Below, one piece after another: positions 15,898-29,350 of a stretch of 64,000 nt of DNA. The position numbers were made by a program, and so were the translations under genes. Where the stretch lies: the NCBI RefSeq assembly GCF_001447785.1, contig NW_015176462.1, forward strand, positions 89,209 to 153,208, in the 5' to 3' direction. Numbering within the stretch: position 1 is the stretch's first letter; each line of letters starts with the position of its first letter. This stretch comes from Gekko japonicus. Its lineage: Eukaryota. A model generated the notes under the pieces. That model had not been told where the DNA came from and made no database searches. It saw only the letters and a list, made by a program, of their open reading frames with translations.

Positions 15898-16216
15898 TAA
15901 AAGAGAAGAGGGACAGATGCAGAACCAGTATATCTGTGTGTTTATCATTGAAGAGCCATCACAGAGAAGGGCACTCAAAAAAATCTCTGAAGGCAGGGTC
16001 AGTTTTCAGATGCATGTCTCCTAATAATAATGTTAATTGATCTTGTGTGGTGCAGTGGGATACGTGGAAGGAGGTGGGGTGTGGGGAATTTTAAGGTGTC
16101 AAACCCAGATGTCTGAGCTATTCAACATCTCAGTCCCTTATGTCACTTACAAATACAGTGCAGGCTTTCAGCAGAAAAATATCATAGGCAAGCAGCAGGT
16201 GTAAGCAGTGGCTTCT

Positions 16217-16774
16217 CAGTGCAGTCACACAGGCATTCAGTCTTTGTCTGTGATCATACGCACAATTAAACCCGACATGGGCACAAATGCTGGGTGGATT
16301 TAACGGGAGTGATCAGACAACAATATCTGGGAAGCGTCCTGCAGCCATCAGCAACCCATTTTGCTCCACTGCAGAAAGAGAGTTAAAAGACACCAGGGAA
16401 AATCCAGTAGTAAACAGGTTGCGAAGGACCGCGGACAGACTTTCCCCTGTCTAATTGCTCCAGCATGCTCCCACGCCATTGGGATGGTCTGATCAGGCCA
16501 TCCTAACTCCCTGCCGTTGTTTTTTTTCCCCCTTCTCAGTATGCACATCTTCGCAAACCCCATAGGGAGCCCTCAGTGCAGAGGTGCGATTCATCGATTC
16601 CTTGTTTAAGCGTATGGGGAAAAAAACGACTCACCCGCAGTTGCGTCTGATCACACACTGACGTGCCCACAGCTTCAAAGGGAGGTGTGATCTCGCAACT
16701 GGGTTAAATTCCTCCGGAGGAAATAGCCTTGCTTCCCCTCTGCCCCATTTTATTTGGTGCGTGTGACTGCACCC
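16217..16774. mobile_element. Non-autonomous DNA transposon (Harbinger-like)
   Basis: Terminal inverted repeat GTGCAGTCACAC / GTGTGACTGCAC, similar to the 11478 MITE termini; CpG-retaining interior. Confidence 0.55.
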
Positions 16775-16973
16775 TTCATGTTTCTACTGCTCTGACAATG
16801 CAGTTCTAAGCAGAATTACATCCTTCCAAGTCAATGGAGGTAGAAGAGTATAATTGTTGAGGATTGTACTGTGAGCCCCCGGCCTCACTTTCAGTGTAGC
16901 TAATCAGAGTAGTGTTTCATTGGGCCTTGTGGGTACTGAGTTCTTCTGGACTTAAAGATGATTTGTGTCTTAA

Positions 16974-17078
<105 letters not shown>

Positions 17079-18049
17079 TAGTTGCTGTTGAAATGGCCCT
17101 GGTTCTAGGCTCAAACTTTTTGGTTTGTTCACTTTATTTAGCAGAAAGAGCTAAAGAAATCCTGTGATGCTCTTTAAAACTTCTGCATCAAATTTCTGCA
17201 AATACATATAAAATATTCCAAAAAACCCTCACACCCATATATTTTTTTAATTCCACTAAGAAACTTCCTTTTCTAGTGGTGGTGGTGGTTGGTTGCCTTT
17301 TTCACCATCAAAATAAAAATAATTTATAAACTTTAAAATACTTCTGTTTCATGAGGGCACTCTTTTCATTTACTTATTCCATATGTGGCCTCACACTTTG
17401 TTCAGCGCATATGCTCAAGAATGGTTGTCAACATTTCAGACTTCTTCTTTTTTTTTTTTTGCTGCAAGAGAACTAGGGTGGAACCAAAGGACATTTTATT
17501 TATTTGCTTACTTCATTTATTAGCCTGCCTTTCTCCCCCAGCTGGGGCCCAAAGTGGCTTATATTGTGCTCTTCTCCTCGATCGTTATTGTAACAGATCA
17601 TGGAAGGTGGTTTGTTGATACTGAAGCTTCTTGTAAAGCTTCCTGACTTTTTCCAGTGCTTATGCAGACTGAGTGCCCACCTCCATGGGTTGAATTCCCC
17701 AACTCTACATGCAGAGGGTTTCCCCATGTTCCCCTTACCCTCTAACTCCCAAAAAGGTATTTCCCTTGCACAACAAGAAGACGCTTCCGTGCTACCTGCC
17801 CTTTTGTCTGAAGGGATCCCCTAAACCTTCAGCAATTTCTTCACTGGGAACTGCTGTAGAAAAGGGGGAGCAAGGAAGATTTTCTTCTGCATGCATTTTT
17901 CACTCCAGTGTATGTCTTTAGTACTGTATCTTTAGCTCAGTATTGCCAATCCAAATTTTTCTGTCCATCACTCCAAAACTCATTTTCAAATGCAGTGTGA
18001 AGCCTGTTTAAAGGTACTGGAGCATCTTAAATTGGTTGAGCGTATGTAA

Positions 18050-18277
<228 letters not shown>

Positions 18278-18283
18278 TGAGAT

Positions 18284-18495
18284 CAATGCTCCCTCTAAGC
18301 TGTGGAGTCTTGTGAGCAAAAATTCTACTTTGTGAGCTACTGGCATTAAAGTTGTGAGTGAGTGATTTGGCTACTGCATAAATTAGTTTGCTGTAGAGGC
18401 AGAGCCATCCTTCCTGAGTTAAGGCAAAAATGTGTGAGCTGGAGGCTAAACAACTGTGAGCTAGCTCACACTAACTCAGCTTAGAGGGAACACTG
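18284..18495. mobile_element. hAT MITE family A, copy 2 (opposite orientation to copy 1)
   Basis: Same TIRs; 8-bp TSD CTTGAGAT (18276-18283 / 18496-18503). Confidence 0.9.
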
Positions 18496-18848
18496 CTTGA
18501 GATGCATGGTTTTATAAGTTTGCTTTCTATAGAAATATATATACGTAGCTTTCTGTAGAAATCAGTTGTCTCCTGCCAAGAATGTACTTTGTGCCCTGGG
18601 CATAGTGCACTGGGGGAGGGGAGATTTTGTTCTAGAATTTATAATCTGGCTAGAGGGATAGAAGGCATCTGTCATGTAAAAGACTTCAGCGTAACACAAG
18701 AAGACTTTAATAGCCAAAAGCTGGAGTGCTAGCAGTTTTGCTGCTGAAGAGATGTAAAGGCATAATTGTCCAAACTCTTAACTATGCCAACCTTTCCTCT
18801 TGCAACACTGAGAAGTACTGATTTCTTCCTGTCCTAACCATTTAAGTA

Positions 18849-18882
18849 ATATTTATTTATTTATTTATTTATTTATTTATTA
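18849..18882. repeat. (TTTA)n microsatellite
   Basis: Seen directly in the sequence. Confidence 0.9.
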
Positions 18883-18889
18883 AATATAT

Positions 18890-20007
<1,118 letters not shown>

Positions 20008-20198
20008 TAAATGATACCATGTGAAAGAGCTGTAAGGTGCAGAAACATTTACTGTAGCTCAAACTGGCTGTAGCAGTAATGTGTTCCTAGGTAGGAGGAA
20101 CTTATTGCTCATTCCACCTGAGTTGTGATACTAACTTGTATTTAAGGCTTGACATCTCATTCCTAGTCAGCTAGTACGTTAACTTATGTTCAAAATGG

Positions 20199-22175
20199 TG
20201 ATTTCTGGTGAACGGCGACTCGTGACGGTCGCACCCATCAAGCTCTGATGGGGGCGAGTCGGATTGGGACGGCATGGAGGGGGATCGGCTGGTCCCAACC
20301 TCTCCATGAAGCTCCGAGAGGGGGCTTCTAGCCTGGAGCGCCAAAGGCGCTGCTCCCGAAGTTCCGGCTTGGGGGCACAGTGCTCCTTTTTGCTCCGATA
20401 GGTCCCGCGGCCAGCAATGGCGCTCAGAGACGTTACTGGACCAGAGCGTACAAGGACTTAACTAAAAAGAAAATCTACGAGACAAAGCAATCCAGCGATT
20501 AATCAAACAGTGAGTTAAGTGGCAAAGAGAAAGTCATATACAAAAAGGGTGGTGGAAGAAATCGGCATAGCTTCAAAGATATAAGGGGGGGACTCGCGGA
20601 GGAAGAACCCTACCCACCAGCGAAATTGCAGTGTAGAAGCAAGCCAGATTCAGGCGATTAACACCCTTTTTAAAGCAGAGGAAGAAATCTGCATAACAAA
20701 ATGGCATAGCTTCAAAGAGATAAGGGGGAACTCGCGGAGGAAGAACCCTACCTACTAGCGAAATTGCAGTGTAGAAGCAAACCAGATTCAGGCTATTAAC
20801 ACCCCTTTCAAAGCGGGATACATCTGAGTTAAGCAGTTACAACATAGTAAAGATCTCAGAACTTCTACAAACTTTTATTTAAGTATAAACGATGTCTCAG
20901 CGTGAGAGTAAAATGGTGTCCAGAGGCAGAGGCTCTACAGGAAATGCCAGCACAGCATCACCAGTCACAAGACCGGAAAATACCAGCAAGTTAGCTACTG
21001 CAATTTCTGAAGCCATGCGTCCTCTGCTGGACCAGCTTACGAACCTCAACCAAAAATTGGACACTTTACAGAAAGAGCTCAAGGAAACTGCAGCCAAATC
21101 AGAGAAGTCAGCCAAAAAGATAAAAAAAGGTTGAAATTAAGACCAAAGAAATAGACCAAAGAATGGACAAAGTGGAAAAAGAAAAAACTTCTGAAAAGCA
21201 ACAACTTCTACAGCTACAAATGGAAAGATCCTCTTTCGTCTTGAGATTCCAAGGGGTGCCAGAGAAAAAAGATGAGAACTTAAGAGAAATTATAAGCGAA
21301 GCAATGGCCCCCTTAATCAATAACAAACCCGAATTAATACAAGCAGATATTGATATGAACTTATTCAGAGTTTGTGGGGGGGAATAATCTCCCAGGGGAA
21401 ATGTTTGTAAAATTTGCAAAAAGATCAATAAGAGACTCAATACTTAAAGCAGCTACAGTGACAACAGTTAAAATTCAAGAAGAGGAGATAAAAATATTGA
21501 AAGATGTCCGATTTGAAATACGCAAGAAAAGGAAGCAATACAGAAATGTTACAGCATTCCTCCAAAAGAACAATGTCCAGTACAGATGGATTTTTCCAGA
21601 AGGACTTGTGTTCAACTTTAAGGAGAAGAAGGAAAAGATTGACTTTTTATTAAAAGCAGAACTCTTTCTTAAACAGCAACAATCCTCAACCAAACAAAGA
21701 AATGGAGCAGAGGAAGAAAAGGCAATGGGGAAAAACAGCGAACAACAGAAATCCGATACGGATAGTTCATCTTCTACAACTACTTCTGTGTCTTTGGGTG
21801 AAATCTCTGACTTGGATTCGGATTTAGGAGATGCGGCCCCTAAAACGTTTAAAGTAAATCTCCCCTGCCAAAAGAAGAAGAAAATCAAAGCTAAGAAGAA
21901 ATTTAAGTGAAGATCTGAGATTACCTATGTTGACATTTAATTTACTTATATTCTCAACCAGATGTGATGTAATATCAAAAATGCCTTTATGTTCTTTCTT
22001 TTTGAACACTTTTATTAGATTTTAAAGAATTTAATGAAATTTTTAGCATGTAGACATATACTTAAAGCATTTGATTAGCCTGTCAAAGGTTCTTGTTACT
22101 CTTTGTAGTTTTAGTTTTGTAGGGTATAGTCTTTGTAGTGTGTAGGAAGAAAAGCAATAAAAAGTATTTTTAAAA
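20199..22175 (+). mobile_element. Full-length ORF1-only L1 derivative (half-L1/HAL1-like retrotransposon)
   Basis: Perfect 18-bp TSD AACTTATGTTCAAAATGG (20181-20198 / 22176-22193). CpG-rich 5'UTR, L1 ORF1-like frame, AATAAA at 22156-22161 and a short A tail; no ORF2 sequence. Confidence 0.85.
20892..21910 (+). pseudogene. L1 ORF1p-like reading frame (coiled coil, RRM, CTD) with two +1 homopolymer frameshifts
   Basis: ORFs 20892..21134, 21163..21387 and 21374..21910 join into 338 codons if one base is removed from A7 (21122-21128) and one from G7 (21376-21382). Motifs LRFQGVPE, RDSILKAA and YRWIFPEGL are typical of vertebrate L1 ORF1p. Confidence 0.8.
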
Positions 22176-22884
22176 AACTTATGTTCAAAATGGCAAGTAG
22201 TACTGCTTGCACTGGCTGACTCATCTGGCTACTCTAGCCGTATGGGTTTTAGTGAGTAATCATACTGGTCCATTCTGCACGTAGCCCCTCTCTGTCATTG
22301 ATGCAGGAGCTGTTCTGAAATGGTTGAAAGCTCATCTTTCAGTATCACTGAAAGTCTTATACAGTCCAGAGCCTGCTCTGTGTGATCCAACATGCTTGTT
22401 GCACTCTGAACCACTCTAGAAAGAGTTGACTCTTGTTCAGACTCTTGTGCACACAATCTGTAATGCCTGTGTACTTCAGTGCATCCATCTGCTGGTTACA
22501 ATTCAGCATTGCCTGACAGTGCAACAAGCTATGAAACAAGAATGTGCAGGAATAGCAAGGTGAAATGAAGAGGGTACCTTTATCCATTTTGGAGCCCTCA
22601 CTTTAAACTCCTTTATCTAAAGAAGCATAGAATTGAAGGGTTTGTCAGAGTGGGGGGTGCAAATTAACAAATGGAAGGGGTTCAGGAGAATTTGAGCCAC
22701 TTTTGCCCTTTTATTTGTGTGACAGAGATCAGAATAAGTGTTTACATAGTAGTGCAGATGGCTGAATTTGCTATGTACAACTCCAGGATCAATAAAGGGA
22801 GAAATATTATTGATGTTGTACCTCTTTAACAGAAACAAGGGGTAAAAAATCTATCTCTCTTTTTTAATAACATGATACAACTGT

Positions 22885-23126
22885 AGCAGTAGAAAAGCGC
22901 TGGAGTCCAATAGCACCTTAAAGACTAACACAGTTTGTGGCAGGGTGTGTGCTTTCATGACTCACTGCTTACTTCTCCAGATACTGATTCAGTAATGATG
23001 AAGAAGTGAGCGGTGACTCACGAAACCTCATACCCTGCCACAAATTTTGTTAGACTTTAAGGTGCTACTGGACTCCAGCTCTTTTCTACTGTTACAGACA
23101 GACTAACACAGCTACCCATCTTGATC
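22885..23126. mobile_element. Penelope-like element remnant (inverted termini) with degenerate hammerhead motif
   Basis: Inverted arms of ~100 bp plus a unique tail ACAGACAGACTAACACAGCTACCCATCTTGATC; same family as 27904-28476. Confidence 0.75.
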
Positions 23127-23826
23127 AACGATATGACTGTGCTATACATCTCCAGGTTTTGCATAGGTTCTAGACTACAGTGTGCAGAATGAAGCATGAT
23201 GGTAAAAACAAACCTCTATGCTGTGGCTTGGATTCTCTGAACAGGTTCCATACGTGCCAGTCTCAGCCACGGAGCATGTGTTTTCCTCCACTAAAGGGTC
23301 CATTGGAAACCATTGAACTTGCACTAATGGAGTTTTGTTGGAAGCGGAAGCATGCTTTGCAGCAGAGATTAGCATGCAGGGAACTCATTCATGGGATCCA
23401 AGCCTGTGTGTTCCACAGTAGCTGGAGTTGTATATCGACAGCCAGTGTGCCATGGTCATTTTGGGGGGGGGGGTGTTAAGCTAGTACCAGGAAGACTGAG
23501 GTTCAGATCCCCACTCAGCCATGGAACCCATTGGGTGATCTTGAGGTAGTTACTTTCCTCTCAGTGGAGGCAAAATGTTCAAGAGGGAAACCACGTACAG
23601 CACTTTACGATCCTTGAAGGATGGGTGGGGTAAACATATGGTGGTGCTTCAAGACTTCTAGAGATTGCTTGTGTGGCACATGTGCTAAGATTGCCACACA
23701 GGGAGAAGTTCGTCGGGGAGAAGTTGCTGACATACACTGCAGACAACCTTTTACATATCTTCTTTGTATTTTCTCCCTGCTGTTAAAAAAAAATAATACA
23801 GTGTCACTTTTTTCTTTCCTTGTTAG

Positions 23827-24030
<204 letters not shown>

Positions 24031-27000
24031 CAAAAGCCAAGGGTCTTGGTGAAGTGAACTGGATTTTTCCCAGCTGGGACTGCTCTTGTGTTTTTTTTTA
24101 AACAACACCAGTTTGATGGTCGCTTTCACACCAGAGAGACAAAAGAAGTGTTGCATTCTGAAAGCTGCTGAGAACATTGCCTTTTTTTCCAGGGATATGC
24201 AACTTTCTTTAAGACTGAGATGAATGTTATTTCAGTGCCAATGGAATAACACAATAGTTTGGGGGGAGGGGTGAGACACAAGTGTGCTACTGCAAAAGTG
24301 ATGCCTGCTGTATCCAGATTGTTACTCAGAGCCCTTTTTCCATCCTGCTGTGAGAGTTTGCCCTCCCTGATGGAAGCCGGCCCTATCCAGAAAGGAAAAC
24401 GTAATTGTGAGGCTTCATACAACACTGGAGAACCAGCCCTGCACTCTCCGAAGCAAAAGTCAGCTCTGTCCTCGCGTACATTTGACATTGTGATAAGCAC
24501 GATGCTTTTATCTTCCCCTGTTGTCCCAAATTTCTTCCTTAAAAGCTGTCTTAATCACTTTATAGTATTTTTGTATCTGTTTTGGCTGGTTTAACCTGGA
24601 TACAACAGTCATAAGAAGCAGATAAAGACAATCAGTCAGTGCGATGATGAGAATGCTACTCGTTCTCTGTGGTCTGGACTTATCCCTCACCTCTTGCACG
24701 TACCCTTTTGCTAGTAGCAGAAATGGCCTAAAAGGGTTAGGGATATGGACTACGTCTGTAACATGAAATCTAACAAAGCCCTTGAGTATGCAGAATTCAA
24801 ATTTGTCTTTTCAGACTCTCTTTAACTTGGAAGGGGGGGTCACAAGACTAGCTTGTTTACTTTTCCTTTAAAAAGATGGGTGGTCTTCAGATATGTCATG
24901 ATTGACACCAAGTGTTAGAGAATCCTTCTGAGCGCAACAGTAGTTGGTCTTTAAAAAAATCTTCATCTTATGAAGTAGCGGTGGTTTGCTTTTCAGACTA
25001 TTATGATAGCTTTAATGAGGCAGATTTGTCTTAACTAGATATCATAAATGGGGAGGGTCTTGTGCTATAATAGGGGTTATTACTGTAACTGGAAATCTAC
25101 ATATCTCATCAGAATATGTGTGTCCCAGTTTCTATTGGAGGTGGCACCAAACATTATTGGCTAATTGCCCTCACTGTATAGACCAGATGATTCTAAACCC
25201 CCCAAACACCTGTGCTAGACAGGATGTCAGGAGAAAGCATACCTCAGATTTTTCTGCATCTTGTCAAAGATGCTTAAACAAAATTTACAGAGCCGCTTGT
25301 CACAAAACAGCTAAGAGCTACCTTTGTAGTAGAAAATATCCCATCCATTAAGTTTTCTTTGCAAACCCAGTCCCATTGCTTTTCCTGACTTTCCTGTTTA
25401 GGCAAGTTAATATACCAAGTAAAAATACAAGGATAACTTTCTGGCAGTAGACCTAGACAGAAATACATTATTTTTACTACATCATTGGCAGATACCAATG
25501 AGTGCTCCTAGAGCCACATTAGATGAGCTGCGGGTACTGTGGGCAATAGTGTGGGGGTTGTACGTTGGTCCTTAGTCCAGAGCTCATACAGTGCATTTGA
25601 GAAGCACATAATTCACTTTTTGTGTACATCAATCATTTTGGGAATCTGGTTTATAGTTATCATTGGAACACCTTGTTGCACATCCACAAAACAAGACACT
25701 CTATGGTTGTGAAATAGAAGCACATGGTTGAGCAAGAATGCTTTACTATTGTCTGGGAAAGGCTTCTAGACACAAAGCATTGTGGTTGCAGATTAACTAC
25801 AGTGTCACGAAGGCAGATAATCTTGTACATAGTGTAGATGGTCTTCAAAATGCACACATCAAATGGGTGAGGTGGAAATATTCTTCTTACCATGAGTAAA
25901 AAGGATGAAATGTTATATTTTAATTGACATATAGGCCACAGTTCAAAAAAGCATTGTTCGTGGGCTGGGGAGGAAGATAAGTATTTGACACATCTGTAGT
26001 TCCCGCAGCCCTGGACGAAGGTTGCTATGTGATTTAGCAAGCAGCTGGCTCTTGACAACTATAGAGTGGCCACTGAGAACTGTCAAAATTATTATGATTA
26101 ATTTTGTGTCAAATTATAATTTATTTTTATTTTATTTTTCGCATTTATATCCCGCCCATCCCGTAAATGGGCTCAAGGCGGGTCACAAGAGTTCAATAAA
26201 ATTTAAACACATTAAAACATATTAAATTACTAGTCATGCTTGCTGTAGGGAGAATCCAGCCCATTGATGTAACTAGGTATGGCCGGTTATCAGTAGGTGG
26301 GAGACCGCAACCTCGGGGGGGCCATATGTGCAATCAAAAGAAATGCTTGATTTTAGTGAGGCCCAAGTATTATGCATATACTGTGATCCTTCAGTCCTAT
26401 TTGCTTGTATCACATTGAAACCAGATTTTACTTTCTCTAGAATGACAACCAGTAACTGCACATTGGTTCATAAGAATATCCATCCATGTACAAAGCCTCT
26501 TTAAGAGTGACTGTACCCTGTTAAAACTTATTTGTTAAAAGGACATAAAGACTGAATCTTGCTTTTTCTTATCCAGTTAATGATTGAGAAACTGTAGCCT
26601 TCATATCTACCTTCTGTACTAGCCTGGGCTTTGGGGAAATAAGGAAATACTGCCTAATGTTTAGCTTTTTGAATTCTTTTCTTCTCTTAAATACAAAATG
26701 AGCAATAAGGTTCTCTTCCCTCACCCCATGCATACCCTGGGCTTTCTCATTTTCCCCCAATAGTATCCATTCGCATATGATTTAGTTGGCACTAGATACA
26801 TGGAGAAACATCAAGCTAACTCAGGGATTTATGAATAATGAGTAGATCATCTAGGTTTTCTGCCTACTACGCAGCTACTTTGTTTGGCCATCCTGCGCCT
26901 AACCCTTGTGAATGCTATTAAAAAAAACTTCAAACAAAATTGTTTTTACACAGTCTATGCTAGGGAAATAGTGTTTGGTTTCTAAGTTTTGTTATGGAGT

Positions 27001-27903
27001 GTGATTTTGGAGAGCATTCTCTTTCTGTGCTAGGAGTGCATCTTAGAAGAACTGGAGAGAAGTTGGGTTTTAATTATCCAATTTGAATTGACTTCTTAAT
27101 CCGAAAGTTATATTCAGTAGTGATTTTCTTGTTTCCCCATTGTGCTTTGCAGAGGCAGTCATCTGCTGCAGAGCACATTACTCTTGCCTTGTGCTGGGCA
27201 CTTCTTCGGCTTCTTAAAAGTCACTGGCCTTGTATGAGCAGAAGTGCCTGGCACTCAGGGAACACACACCTTGCAGCGGACAAAGGAAGCATAGGTGGAT
27301 AACAAAGTAAAAGATCCAAGACTAGGTATTTAGAAGTCTCACCTGAGAGTTCTTCAAACAGTAGCAATGTTTTAAGTGAAGTGTTTTGCTCAAGTCTTCT
27401 TAAGTCACTAATCCAAAAGTCCATAAGACATTTGAAATAGCGATGTTCCGCCACAAGTCTGGTCAGGCTTCTGAGTTCTGCCACCACCATCTTGGTGGCC
27501 TGTGGCTGCTCTCCAAATACTTTCCTCATAAAGTAGTTTTGTATATATGTGAAATATTTTGGCTAACTTTCCCAGAAGGGAAAGTTGGTGGGGGCTTGCC
27601 TTTAAAAACAGAAGTAATTAGTATCTCTCCTTGAGGGGCTGCTTCCCTCGAATGGGATGAGAAATGAAGGAAAGTGTTCCATGTTTTTGTGCACATAACA
27701 GTTCCCTGGGCAGCCAAACATAACTGGGACGGTGTTAGACTCCACTTTTAACATGAGGCATCACATCCACTGAAACAACTGAGGTGTGATCTAAAGACAC
27801 AGCACCTGTAAAGCAAATTGTCAATGCTGAGTGTGCAACACAGGTACATCAGCATCACTTGCTTGCAAGCCATGGATTTCTGGCTCCACTAACTTGTTTC
27901 AAT

Positions 27904-28476
27904 GCAGTAGAAAAGAGCAAGAGTCCAGTAGCACCTTAGACTAACAAAATATATGGCAGGGTATGAGGTTTCATGAGTCACTGCTCACTTCTTCAGATAC
28001 AGCTAGAAAGGGATTCCATCTGTCTTATTTATTGGAAAGTGGAGTGGTTTCAGATGCCAAATGACAATAGCAGGTGTGATTGGATTTAGGTGAGATATGC
28101 AGAGGGGTATGCAATTGATAATGAAGTGCAAGATAATGCATCCACCTGGATTGAATCAAGACCTAGGCTTCCTGTCTCATTACCAATTCTGATTTCTCCA
28201 TGCCTATTACCCCTCTGCATGTCTCATGTAAATCCAATCATGCCTGCTATTGTCATTCACCTGCTATTATTATTTGCCTGCTAATGTCATTCAGCATCTG
28301 AAATCACTATTCAATAAGTAGGACAGAGACTCCCATTCTAGCTGTATCTGAAGAAGTGAGCAGTGACTCACGAAAGCTGATACCCTGCCACATATTTTGT
28401 TAGTGTTTAAGGTGCTACTGGACTCGTGCTCTTTTCTGCCGCTACAGACAGACTAACAGGGCTACCCATCTTGATC
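27904..28476. mobile_element. Penelope-like element, palindromic (inverted, truncated termini)
   Basis: Inverted arms of ~200 bp; flanking direct repeat CTTGTTTCA (27893-27901 / 28476-28484); hammerhead cores in both arms. Confidence 0.8.
28344..28383 (+). ncRNA. Minimal type I hammerhead ribozyme motif (probably inactivated)
   Basis: GTAT-CTGAAGA-A-GTGAG/CAGTGA/CTCAC-GAAA-GCT-G-ATAC: conserved core, stem II, palindromic AGCT stem III and stem I GTAT/ATAC. The cleavage-site base is G. Confidence 0.7.
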
Positions 28477-28592
28477 TTGTTTCATTGGTACTTGGGCTGT
28501 ATTTCCAAGTGTGTTCAGTGTGTGCACGGATTTCTGCCCCATCAACACTAGGACTCGTTTCCAAGTAAATATGCCTAGGAGTGAGTGGCAAG

Positions 28593-29350
28593 TAGGGATG
28601 TGCATTCAGTTCGTCTGAACCAAATGCACCCCCGAAAATGGCCCATTTGGGTCCCTTTCGGGTTGCTGTGGGCCAATTCAGATTCTCTGATCTGAATCGG
28701 CTTGCCGGTGAATTGCCACCGAATTATGGCAGCAATTCAGCTCCATTATATCCTATGGGCCATTGAAGTCAATGGCAAAAACATAGGGTATATTCTTGGG
28801 GCTGGAGGGGAGGGGGTTTGAGGGAGAGGCTCCAAACTCACAGGGTAGCTGCTGGAGCCTCTCCCCAAGGTACCCACCAAGTTTGAAGAACATTGAACCA
28901 GGGGGTCCAATTCTACGGGCCCCAAACAGGTTGCCCCTATCCCCGCCATTGTTCTCTATGGTGGGAAAAATAGTTACTTTTTTCCCACCATAGAGAACAA
29001 TGGAGGGGATAGGGGCAACCTGTTTGGGGGGGCCGTAGAATTGGACCCCCTGGTCCAATGCTCTTCAAACTTTGTTGGTATCTTGGGGAGAGGCTCCAGC
29101 AGCTACCCTGAGAGTTTGAAGCCTCTCCCTCAAACCCCTCCAGCCCCCAGAATATACCCTGTGTTTTTTCCATTGACTTCAATGGTCCATAGGATATAAT
29201 GGGGCCGAAATTGACATTCGGCTGGCCAAAAGACTTCCGAATTGGCTCCTACTGCCGAAATTGACATGCGGGGGTCTTTCTGTTGGCCGAAATTGATTCT
29301 GCCGGATTCAGTATCGGGCCGATTTTTTTTTCTTTTTTTGCACACCCCTA
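28593..29350. mobile_element. Non-autonomous hAT-like DNA transposon with a long internal hairpin
   Basis: TIRs TAGGGATGTGCA / TGCACACCCCTA; 9-bp TSD AGTGGCAAG; internal inverted repeat ~28744-28969 / 28978-29202. Confidence 0.85.
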
